Positions 1 through 6,303 of a stretch of 8,042 nt of DNA are shown piece by piece. The translations under genes and the position numbers were made by a program. Below the pieces are notes generated by a model that was given only the letters and a program-made list of their open reading frames with translations, made no database searches and was not told where the DNA came from. The stretch is from the IMG/VR virus record IMGVR_UViG_2574180019_000005; one strand, 5' to 3'. The stretch comes from a virus (Duplodnaviria; Heunggongvirae; Uroviricota; Caudoviricetes). Numbering within the stretch: the stretch's first letter is position 1; each line of letters begins with the position of its first letter.

Positions 1-177
1 AGGGGAGGCTTTTGGTGTTTTTCCCTGCCGCTCATCACGTAATTGTTTCACCCATCGCGTCATTGTGGAAAGGCCGACATCCATAGCGCTGGCTGCATCT
101 GCCACGGTGTAATTCTGGTCAACGACCAGTTGAGCGGATTCGCGTTTAAACTCTGCGCTGAAATTTCTTTTTTTCAT
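1..177 (-). CDS. IS911-like OrfA (transposase N-terminal HTH protein), partial; runs off window
   Basis: Mirror copy of the right-end orfA; reverse-strand ATG at 175..177. Translation [59 protein letters not shown] matches IS911 OrfA as I recall it. Confidence 0.8.
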   Translation of the reverse strand, partial: MKKRNFSAEFKRESAQLVVDQNYTVADAASAMDVGLSTMTRWVKQLRDERQGKTPKASP

Positions 178-249
178 TATGGCACCTGTGTTGTTCTGAG
201 GTGAGCATATCACCTCTGTTCAGGTGGCCAAATTCAGTAAACCACTTCA
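1..249 (-). mobile_element. IS3-family (IS911-like) insertion sequence, left-end fragment; IS body continues off the window to the left
   Basis: Bases 1..249 are the exact reverse complement of 7793..8041. The element end is TGAAGTGG (reverse strand, terminal base at 249), a TG-initiated IS3-family terminus, and it carries the start of an orfA reading frame. Confidence 0.8.
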
Positions 250-283
250 ATTCACCCCTACAGAGAGCAAAAGAGAAACGCCG

Positions 284-865
284 ATGAACAACTCATGGTG
301 GCAGGAACTAATGCATTTTTTCCTGCAAGGAATGACACTTAAACAGTTGATTCATATGCTAATCATCCTGATCATATTGATTATTGTTATGCCGGTAAGC
401 GTAAAAGAATGGATAAACCTGCATAGTCCAGAAATCCTTCCTCATTACTGGATGTATTACATCCTGTTGTTTTGCGTTAGCTATGTGCTTAACGGCGTTG
501 TTAATTCCGCTTATCACGCTGTGACTGAAAGAATTGAGGTATTCGCTGCTCAGAAGCGCAAATCTAAAGAAGAAAAATATGTGCAAGATTTGTTTGATTC
601 GTTAACTCTTGGAGAAAGAGCGTATTTGGCATTCGCTGTAGCCGCTAATAACCAGCTACAAACGGAAAAGGGCGCTCATGAATCAATTTCATTGCTCAAA
701 AAAGGACTCCTCGTTCGAAGGCCTCCTGCTGTTGGATATCCTGATACCGACCGTTTCGTTATCCCTGAAAGCTATAGACATGAGTGCTACATTAGGTTTG
801 CCGGGAAGGCAGACAGCCTTATGGATGAACTTATCGCTCAGGATAAGCATGGCAAAAACAAGTAA
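284..865 (+). CDS. sieB: Superinfection exclusion protein B-like membrane protein
   Basis: The ORF-track start at 224 lies inside the IS end; the first ATG in phage DNA is 284, giving 193 aa. Two strongly hydrophobic segments (LIHMLIILIILIIVMPV; YWMYYILLFCVSYVLNGVV). It is convergent with N, the position and size of sieB in lambda and P22. Confidence 0.6.
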   Translation: MNNSWWQELMHFFLQGMTLKQLIHMLIILIILIIVMPVSVKEWINLHSPEILPHYWMYYILLFCVSYVLNGVVNSAYHAVTERIEVFAAQKRKSKEEKYVQDLFDSLTLGERAYLAFAVAANNQLQTEKGAHESISLLKKGLLVRRPPAVGYPDTDRFVIPESYRHECYIRFAGKADSLMDELIAQDKHGKNK

Positions 866-881
866 TTAGCAAATGAATTTA

Positions 882-1154
882 TCATCTCGCCGTCAGTTGT
901 TTTGATTTCCGGTAGCCTGCCGCGTAAAGAGCTACGTTCGGAAGACAAGTTGAACCTTCATATTTTCTGGTCAACGTTGTCAGAGTTATCACTTCTGCTC
1001 TCATTGCTGGTTTGAGCTTGCATTGCAAGACCACTCGTGAAGGGGTTGGCCTGTGTAGCTTGTCGGAGCTGATCGCCTCCTGACTTTGCAGATTTGCGCG
1101 ACGAGCTCTACGGCGAGAAGCTGCGGTGCCTTTAAATTCTGTTTTTCTGGACAT
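882..1154 (-). CDS. N: N-family transcription antitermination protein (P22 gene 24-like)
   Basis: Internal ATG at 1154 with GGAGG 5 nt upstream on the reverse strand. N-terminal arginine-rich motif GTAASRRRARRA; C-terminus LPNVALYAAGYRKSKQLTAR resembles the P22 gp24 C-terminus as recalled. Lies between sieB and nutL/pL as in lambdoid phages. Confidence 0.75.
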   Translation of the reverse strand: MSRKTEFKGTAASRRRARRANLQSQEAISSDKLHRPTPSRVVLQCKLKPAMRAEVITLTTLTRKYEGSTCLPNVALYAAGYRKSKQLTAR

Positions 1155-1265
1155 GGATTCCTCCCGAATAAACTTTGGCGATGCAATCTCGAAGCTCCTC
1201 CTGAGACGGTTGCTTCGGCATTGCATCCCACAGCTTATGTGGTTGGGTGATCTGGCTTTTCAGCC

Positions 1266-1297
1266 ACGTAGTCGAGAGTCGACGTTGTTTAAAGAGC
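1266..1297 (-). promoter_or_regulatory. Candidate nutL (boxA GCTCTTTAAACAA plus boxB-like hairpin GTCGA-CTC-TCGAC)
   Basis: Reverse strand reads GCTCTTTAAACAACGTCGACTCTCGACTACGT. BoxA matches the lambdoid consensus (CGCTCTTA-like). A perfect 5-bp-stem hairpin follows. It sits about 110 nt upstream of N, downstream of the putative pL. Confidence 0.45.
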
Positions 1298-1343
1298 CTG
1301 CCAGTCTGTTCCATTTGGCTTCCAGCGTCCTGCTGACGGTTAA

Positions 1344-1386
1344 ATAGTACGATATGTACTTTACAAGATCAATACAATTTGTTGTA
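1344..1386 (-). promoter_or_regulatory. Candidate pL promoter with overlapping OL operators
   Basis: On the reverse strand: -35 TTGATC (1367..1372), 17-bp spacer, -10 TACTAT (1344..1349). Perfect palindrome AGTACGATATGTACT (1346..1360) overlaps the spacer and -10. A second palindrome TACAA-TTTG-TTGTA lies at 1373..1386. The 11-mer AAAGTACATAT (promoter-relative) is shared with the pR region. Confidence 0.4.
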
Positions 1387-1558
1387 AGTTGGCGTGGTTT
1401 TTTATAACGCTTTGTATTTAATAGTGTTGTTTTTTAGCGTGGATGTATTGCCTCGGCGATGTAAGGAGAGATCAGAATTGCGTGGTTTAGTGGGTTGCAT
1501 CTATTTATTTTTCAATAAATATAATTGGTTATGTGTTTTTAGGTGGGCGAACGTGAGG

Positions 1559-1587
1559 CAAAGAAAACCCGGCGCTGAGGCCGGGTT
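1559..1587 (-). terminator. Intrinsic terminator ending the leftward cI operon
   Basis: Directly after the stop of the 250-aa gene: 6-bp GC stem CCCGGC/GCCGGG (1568..1573 / 1580..1585) with a 6-nt loop, followed on the reverse strand by UUUUCUU (1561..1567). Confidence 0.6.
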
Positions 1588-1590
1588 GTA

Positions 1591-2343
1591 TTATGCTGCA
1601 AGTCTCTTAACCCAAGTCTCTCTTTTGGAGAATGGTAGAACTTGGCTTGATTCATGGAAGAGTAAGGAGAGTTGTTGCATTTGATCACCAATTGCTTCGC
1701 TGTCTATAACAACAAATCTGTTGTTATACTCCTCACTTGAAGCTTTAAGATCAATTAGTTTCCCAAGCAATGAGTAAGCACTATTCCAGCTTCCTCCGTG
1801 TTTCACGCTTGATGTAAAAACGTATTTAGGTATGTCGGTTTTTATTGTTACAGGGACGGTAATTTGATGTCCACTCAAGCCATATACGTTTTCACGAAGA
1901 GAAAGTGCGTCTCTAAGCTCTGTGTGATATAGATAATCAATAACCATACTTTCAAACTTTTCAGCTTGAACTGGCTGATACCAGTCTAACGACAAAGTTG
2001 ATGCGAGTATACCAGCTCTAATTATGTTCGATGTAATCGCACCGACATCCTTTTCTGTTGCCCAAGCAATGATTTCTCCTCGAGCATTGAGTTCTGCGCC
2101 TTCTTTAAGCAGTAATTGTCGTATCTCATCAAGTCGTTTTTTGGTAAGCGAGATCCCTCTTGCCTCCATATTCATTAAGGCATCGCATCTGTCACTAACT
2201 AAATACCTACCATTGACTTCACGGATAAAGGCACCGACATGCTCTCCATCATCACAGTAAGTGAATGGACTGATAATTCTCAAGGTCTTGCCTATTGGAT
2301 GGCATTCGAAACCTAGTTGTGAGATCACTGTTGAGCACATCAT
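1591..2343 (-). CDS. Hypothetical protein (250 aa), distal gene of the cassette at the rex position; candidate defence or exclusion component
   Basis: Long ORF on the same strand as cI. Its ATG (2341..2343) overlaps the stop of the upstream gene in an ATGA arrangement. Followed by a terminator. I recognise no motifs. Confidence 0.75.
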   Translation of the reverse strand: MMCSTVISQLGFECHPIGKTLRIISPFTYCDDGEHVGAFIREVNGRYLVSDRCDALMNMEARGISLTKKRLDEIRQLLLKEGAELNARGEIIAWATEKDVGAITSNIIRAGILASTLSLDWYQPVQAEKFESMVIDYLYHTELRDALSLRENVYGLSGHQITVPVTIKTDIPKYVFTSSVKHGGSWNSAYSLLGKLIDLKASSEEYNNRFVVIDSEAIGDQMQQLSLLFHESSQVLPFSKRETWVKRLAA

Positions 2344-2897
2344 ATTCCAAACCCCATTTGCCCCGACTCATCTTCAAGCGGTAAAGGTATTCTCCCAGAG
2401 TAAGTTATGTTCAGATGTTTACAGAAGTAATTCCAATACCCTACCAGGTCATCTGGGTTTATGTCATCTTCGATTGGAAACGCTATTCTATCACTATAGT
2501 ATCCAGCTTCTTCATAGTATACATGGTAGTGAGCACCGTAAATGATATCTTGGTACTTCGGATGATCGACCTTGTAACTATTCGTGTGTTTGTCAAAGTG
2601 ATAGGTATCTACCGCGAAAACCCTCTTGTTATGATAGAAAGCAATAATATTTATTTTAGGGTAAGAAATCGGGTCATCAGGTTCTGAATCCTGATCTGGT
2701 TTCCATTTCAGTTCAAACTTTAGCCCTTGTATAGGTATACAATCCTCATCCAAGGGGATGATATGGGCTTGTAGCCACATATCAGAGCGACTTGGTTTCT
2801 GTTTCCATTTAACGCCAGAAAAGTTAACTATTTTTTTACAATAAAGTACTTTATCAACTTCTACTTGGCTTGGCTGATAATCATCTATTTTTGCCAA
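2340..2897 (-). CDS. Hypothetical protein (185 aa), proximal gene of the cassette at the rex position; candidate defence or exclusion component
   Basis: ORF begins 40 bp downstream of the cI stop. The first in-frame start is TTG (2895..2897), just after an in-frame TAA; the next ATG is at codon 40. Protein is rich in Asp/Glu/Tyr/His (for example HFDKHTNSYKVDHPKYQDIIYGAHYHVYYEE). Very AT-rich DNA. Confidence 0.7.
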   Translation of the reverse strand: MAKIDDYQPSQVEVDKVLYCKKIVNFSGVKWKQKPSRSDMWLQAHIIPLDEDCIPIQGLKFELKWKPDQDSEPDDPISYPKINIIAFYHNKRVFAVDTYHFDKHTNSYKVDHPKYQDIIYGAHYHVYYEEAGYYSDRIAFPIEDDINPDDLVGYWNYFCKHLNITYSGRIPLPLEDESGQMGFGI

Positions 2898-2936
2898 TGT
2901 TTACCGCCCTGTAAATTGTAGATAAAAGTGGTTTCA

Positions 2937-3596
2937 TCACCCAAACGTCTCTTCAGGCCATTGGCTGGCGATAACTTTCCCCACAACGGAACAACTCTCA
3001 TTGCATGGGATCATTGGGTATTGTGGGTTTAGTGGCTGTAGAAACACCTGACCGCTATCCCTGATCAGTTTCTTGAAGGTAAATTCATCACCACCAAGTC
3101 TGGCTATGCAGAAATCGCCGGGCTCAACAGCTTGCTCAGGGTCAACCAGAATTAACATCCCGTCAGGAAAGCTGGGTTTGGAACCTGTTGGTGCGGTCAT
3201 TGAGTTACCTTCAACCTCAAGCCAGAATGCAGAGTCACTGGCTTTTTTGGTTGTGCTTACCAATCTCTCCGCATCGCCTTTGGTAAAGGTTCTGAGTTCT
3301 GGAGAGAACATCCCAGCCTGAACATGAGAAAAAACAGGGTACTCATATTGTTTTTTAACTGGGGCCGATGAGTATTCGCCAACAGGTGAAAATGTCCCGT
3401 CGTGGTTGAATGATATGTTATCAATACCAAGGTATTTAAACACCACACCAATATCACTAAGAGATGGATGACGAGATCCGCGCAACCAGTGTCCAATCCC
3501 ACCCTGCGTCATACCTAGCTCTTCGGCTAACTTCTCTTGAGTTATGCCGAGCTCTTTCATTCTGGATCTAGCCAGTTCATACCATTTCATTTTCAT
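2937..3596 (-). CDS. cI: Phage repressor cI (LexA/S24 family) with a lambda-type C-terminal domain and a non-lambda N-terminal HTH domain
   Basis: From [20 protein letters not shown] to the C-terminus QWPEETFG the protein matches lambda cI as recalled, including the Ala-Gly autocleavage site (VQAGMF) and the S24 domain. The N-terminal HTH ([23 protein letters not shown]) is different. Start is ambiguous (ATG at 3596 or 3590; the ORF track uses TTG at 3638). Confidence 0.9.
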   Translation of the reverse strand: MKMKWYELARSRMKELGITQEKLAEELGMTQGGIGHWLRGSRHPSLSDIGVVFKYLGIDNISFNHDGTFSPVGEYSSAPVKKQYEYPVFSHVQAGMFSPELRTFTKGDAERLVSTTKKASDSAFWLEVEGNSMTAPTGSKPSFPDGMLILVDPEQAVEPGDFCIARLGGDEFTFKKLIRDSGQVFLQPLNPQYPMIPCNESCSVVGKVIASQWPEETFG

Positions 3597-3707
3597 GTCC
3601 TTATTATTACGCTCTGTACTGGAACCATCCATGCACAATGTGTATTTTTACTTGTATTCGCAAAGTACATATTGTATTTTTTTATTCGTGTTTACTATGG
3701 AGGGCAT
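3597..3707. promoter_or_regulatory. OR operator region with candidate pR (and divergent pRM)
   Basis: Candidate pR: -35 TTGTAT (3652..3657), 17-bp spacer, -10 TATTTT (3675..3680), GGAGG 4 nt before the cro ATG. AAAGTACATAT (3662..3672) ends 2 bp before the -10, the same spacing as in the pL candidate. TGTATT occurs three times (3641, 3653, 3673). Confidence 0.45.
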
Positions 3708-3923
3708 ATGAGCAACCTACGAAAATATCGAGAGTCACTGAATATCTCTCAAACAACACTTGCTAAGGCAGTTGGATGCACACAGGGAGCTATCGGACAT
3801 TGGGAATCTGGTCGTCGCTTCCCAGACCTTAAAACATGCCGTGCTCTTGTTGCGTGCCTAAACAAGTTAGGCGCAAAAGTCAGTCTTGATGACGTGTTCC
3901 CGCCGGAACACAAAGCCGCTTAA
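3708..3923 (+). CDS. cro: Cro-like HTH (XRE-family) repressor
   Basis: 71 aa, HTH TQTTLAKAVGCTQGAIGHWESG. Divergent from cI across the operator region with a GGAGG ribosome-binding site. The ORF-track start at 3537 would overlap cI and OR, so I take ATG 3708. Confidence 0.8.
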   Translation: MSNLRKYRESLNISQTTLAKAVGCTQGAIGHWESGRRFPDLKTCRALVACLNKLGAKVSLDDVFPPEHKAA

Positions 3924-3933
3924 TAAGCGGATC

Positions 3934-3966
3934 CGCTCTTTGTAACAACGGACATTCGTCCTACGT
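3934..3966 (+). promoter_or_regulatory. Candidate nutR (boxA CGCTCTTTGTAACAA plus boxB-like hairpin GGAC-ATTC-GTCC)
   Basis: Located just after the cro stop. BoxA and the flanks ACAACG ... CTACGT match the nutL candidate, while the hairpin stem sequence differs. Confidence 0.5.
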
Positions 3967-4064
3967 CGCTGAAAAGCGAGTTCCAAGATATCTGACCAAC
4001 TAAGGCCATATGCGTTTCCACGCATACCTTTCAACTAACTATTCACTATTGGAAATCTTAAGAA

Positions 4065-4361
4065 ATGGAAAGAACAAGTTACAGCAAACTATCACAGCGT
4101 GACGTTGATCGCGCAGAAACAGATTTACTTATCAATCTGTCAGCTATTACCCAGCGCGGTCTGGCAAAGATGATTGGCTGTCATGAATCGAAGATAAGCA
4201 GAACGGACTGGAGATTTATTGCTTCGGTCTTGTGTGCTTTCGGAATGGCATCAGACATCAGTCCGATTAGCAGGGCTTTTAAGTATGCGCTTGATGGACT
4301 CACCAATAAAAAACGCCCGGCGGCAACCGAGCGTTCTGAACAAATCCAGATGGAATTCTGA
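4065..4361 (+). CDS. cII: Transcriptional activator cII (hybrid: lambda-type C-terminus, divergent N-terminal and DNA-binding part)
   Basis: C-terminal LTNKKRPAATERSEQIQMEF matches lambda cII as recalled; the N-terminal two-thirds differ. Position between cro/nutR and O. Confidence 0.85.
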   Translation: MERTSYSKLSQRDVDRAETDLLINLSAITQRGLAKMIGCHESKISRTDWRFIASVLCAFGMASDISPISRAFKYALDGLTNKKRPAATERSEQIQMEF

Positions 4362-4382
4362 GGTCATTACTGGATCAATCCA
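4305..4382 (-). ncRNA. oop: OOP antisense RNA (with terminator to), overlapping the cII 3' end
   Basis: Plus-strand sequence AATAAAAAACGCCCGGCGGCAACCGAGCGTTCTGAACAAATCCAGATGGAATTCTGAGGTCATTACTGGATC is the reverse complement of lambda oop RNA as I recall it, with a few substitutions. The GC hairpin plus U-tract lies at the 3' end (about 4305..4330). Confidence 0.7.
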
Positions 4383-4393
4383 CAGGAGTCATT

Positions 4394-5293
4394 ATGACAA
4401 ATACAGCAAAAATACTCAACTTCTGCAGAGGTAACTTTGCCAAACAGGAGCGTAATGTGGCAGATCTCGATGATGGTTACGCCAGACTATCAAATATGCT
4501 GCTTGAGGCTTATTCAGGCGCAGATCTGACCAAGCGACAGTTTAAAGTGCTGCTTGCCATTCTGCGTAAAACCTATGGATGGAATAAACCAATGGACAGA
4601 ATCACCGATTCTCAACTTAGCGAGATTACAAAGTTACCCGTCAAACGGTGCAATGAAGCCAAGTTAGAACTCGTCAGAATGAATATTATCAAGCAGCAAG
4701 GCGGCATGTTTGGACCAAATAAAAACATCTCAGAATGGTGTATCCCTCAAAACGAGGGAAAATCCCCTAAAACGAGGGATAAAACATCCCTCAAATTGGG
4801 GGATTGCTATCCCTCAAAACAGGGGGACACAAAAGACACTATTACAAAAGAAAAAAGAAAAGATTATTCGTCAGAGAATTCTGGCGAATCCTCTGACCAG
4901 CCAGAAAACGACCTTTCTGTGGTGAAACCGGATGCTGCAATTCAGAGCGGCAGCAAGTGGGGGACAGCAGAAGACCTGACCGCCGCAGAATGGATGTTTG
5001 ACATGGTGAAGACCATCGCGCCATCAGCCAGAAAACCGAATTTTGCAGGGTGGGCTAACGATATCCGCCTGATGCGTGAACGTGACGGACGTAACCATCG
5101 CGACATGTGTGTACTGTTCCGCTGGGCATGCCAGGACAACTTCTGGTCCGGTAACGTGCTGAGCCCGGCCAAACTCCGCGACAAGTGGACCCAGCTCGAA
5201 ATCAACCGTAACAAGCAACAGGCAGGTGTGACAGCCTGCAAACCAAAACTCGACCTGACAAACACTGACTGGATTTACGGGGTGGATTTATGA
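4394..5293 (+). CDS. O: Replication initiation protein O (lambda type)
   Basis: 299 aa, MTNTAKILNF...DWIYGVDL, essentially lambda O as recalled. Contains the ori iterons. Stop overlaps the P start (ATGA). Confidence 0.95.
   Translation: MTNTAKILNFCRGNFAKQERNVADLDDGYARLSNMLLEAYSGADLTKRQFKVLLAILRKTYGWNKPMDRITDSQLSEITKLPVKRCNEAKLELVRMNIIKQQGGMFGPNKNISEWCIPQNEGKSPKTRDKTSLKLGDCYPSKQGDTKDTITKEKRKDYSSENSGESSDQPENDLSVVKPDAAIQSGSKWGTAEDLTAAEWMFDMVKTIAPSARKPNFAGWANDIRLMRERDGRNHRDMCVLFRWACQDNFWSGNVLSPAKLRDKWTQLEINRNKQQAGVTACKPKLDLTNTDWIYGVDL
4742..4870. repeat. ori-lambda: four O-binding iterons followed by an AT-rich unwinding region
   Basis: Iterons ATCCCTCAAAACGAGGGAA (4742), AATCCCCTAAAACGAGGGAT (4761), ATCCCTCAAATTGGGGGAT (4786), ATCCCTCAAAACAGGGGGA (4809), then the A-rich stretch AAAAGACACTATTACAAAAGAAAAAAGAAAAGATTATT. 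Confidence 0.9.
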
Positions 5294-5991
5294 AAAACAT
5301 CGCCGCACAGATGGTTAATTTTGACCGTGAGCAGATGCGTCGGATCGCCAACAACATGCCGGAACAGTACGACGAAAAGCCGCAGGTACAGCAGGTAGCG
5401 CAGATCATCAACGGTGTGTTCAGCCAGTTACTGGCAACTTTCCCGGCGAGTCTGGCTAACCGTGACCAGAACGAACTGAACGAAATCCGCCGCCAGTGGG
5501 TTCTGGCTTTCCGGGAAAACGGGATCACCACAATGGAACAGGTTAACGCAGGAATGCGCGTAGCCCGTCGGCAGAATCGACCATTTCTGCCATCACCCGG
5601 GCAGTTTGTTGCATGGTGCCGGGAAGAAGCATCCGTTATCGCCGGACTGCCAAACGTCAGCGAGCTGGTTGATATGGTTTACGAGTATTGCCGGAAGCGA
5701 GGCCTGTATCCGGATGCAGAGTCTTATCCGTGGAAATCGAACGCGCACTACTGGCTGGTTACCAACCTGTACCAGAACATGCGGGCCAATGCGCTGACTG
5801 ACGCGGAATTACGACGCAAGGCTGCCGATGAACTGACCTGTATGACAGCGCGAATTAACCGTGGTGAGACGATACCTGAACCAGTAAAACAACTTCCTGT
5901 CATGGGCGGCAGACCTCTAAATCGTGTTCAGGCGCTGGCGAAGATCGCAGAAATTAAAGCTAAGTTAGGACTGAAAGGAGCAAGTGTATGA
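5290..5991 (+). CDS. P: Replication protein P (DnaB helicase loader, lambda type)
   Basis: 233 aa, MKNIAAQMVNFDREQMRRIANNMPEQYDEKPQ..., matches lambda P as recalled. Translationally coupled to O and ren. Confidence 0.95.
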   Translation: MKNIAAQMVNFDREQMRRIANNMPEQYDEKPQVQQVAQIINGVFSQLLATFPASLANRDQNELNEIRRQWVLAFRENGITTMEQVNAGMRVARRQNRPFLPSPGQFVAWCREEASVIAGLPNVSELVDMVYEYCRKRGLYPDAESYPWKSNAHYWLVTNLYQNMRANALTDAELRRKAADELTCMTARINRGETIPEPVKQLPVMGGRPLNRVQALAKIAEIKAKLGLKGASV

Positions 5992-6278
5992 CGGGCAAAG
6001 AGGCAATTATTCATTACCTGGGGACGCATAATAGCTTCTGTGCGCCGGACGTTGCCGCGCTAACAGGCGCAACAGTAACCAGCATAAATCAGGCCGCGGC
6101 TAAAATGGCACGGGCAGGTCTTCTGGTTATCGAAGGTAAGGTCTGGCGAACGGTGTATTACCGGTTTGCTACCAAGGAAGAACGGGAAGGAAAGATGAGC
6201 ACGAACCTGATTTTTAAGGAGTGTCGCCAGAGTGCCACGATGAAACGGATATTGGCGGTATATGGAGTTAAAAGATGA
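5988..6278 (+). CDS. ren: Ren protein (lambda type)
   Basis: 96 aa, MTGKEAIIHYLGTHNSFCAPDVAALTGATVTSINQAAAKMARAG..., matches lambda Ren as recalled. Start overlaps the P stop. Confidence 0.85.
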   Translation: MTGKEAIIHYLGTHNSFCAPDVAALTGATVTSINQAAAKMARAGLLVIEGKVWRTVYYRFATKEEREGKMSTNLIFKECRQSATMKRILAVYGVKR

Positions 6279-6303
6279 CCATCTACATCACTGAGCTAAT
6301 AAC

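Noticed and set aside
359-586. 75-aa ORF on the minus strand inside the sieB-like gene
   Set aside because: Fully antisense to a longer, better-supported gene; no ribosome-binding site or independent evidence.
678-869. 63-aa ORF in an alternative plus frame within sieB
   Set aside because: Overlaps the sieB reading frame entirely; likely a frame artefact.
1001-1347. Three short ORFs (1001..1231 minus, 1126..1347 plus, 1132..1314 minus)
   Set aside because: They overlap the N gene, its leader and the nutL candidate; this region is better explained as N plus regulatory RNA leader.
1394-1684. 96-aa ORF on the plus strand
   Set aside because: Spans the AT-rich pL/OL region and the operon terminator and runs antisense into the 250-aa gene; composition-driven ORF.
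2024-2687. Three plus-strand ORFs (2024..2260, 2261..2545, 2415..2687)
   Set aside because: Antisense to the two cassette genes, which are longer and arranged as a coupled operon with cI.
3073-3502. ORFs 3073..3321 (plus) and 3257..3502 (minus) inside cI
   Set aside because: Internal or antisense to the well-supported cI gene.
3537-3707. Upstream extension of cro to a start at 3537
   Set aside because: It would overlap the cI start and the whole operator/promoter region; ATG 3708 has a GGAGG ribosome-binding site and gives a Cro-sized protein.
3921-3940. Small hairpin AGCG-GATC-CGCT after the cro stop as an intrinsic tR1
   Set aside because: Only a 4-bp stem with a poor T-tract, and it overlaps boxA; in lambda tR1 is rho-dependent, so no hairpin terminator is called.
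4219-4434. 71-aa plus-strand ORF overlapping the cII 3' end and the O start
   Set aside because: Alternative frame across the oop/pO region; no support.
4742-4827. Short direct repeats that could be mistaken for a CRISPR array
   Set aside because: Four imperfect 19-bp iterons with 0-6 bp spacing inside the O gene; this is the classical ori-lambda O-binding array.
4710-5531. Several ORFs inside or antisense to O and P (4710..4925, 4842..5024, 4942..5265, 5024..5218, 5202..5531)
   Set aside because: All overlap the lambda-type O and P genes, which have strong recalled identity.
5606-5797. 63-aa ORF in an alternative frame within P
   Set aside because: Internal to P.
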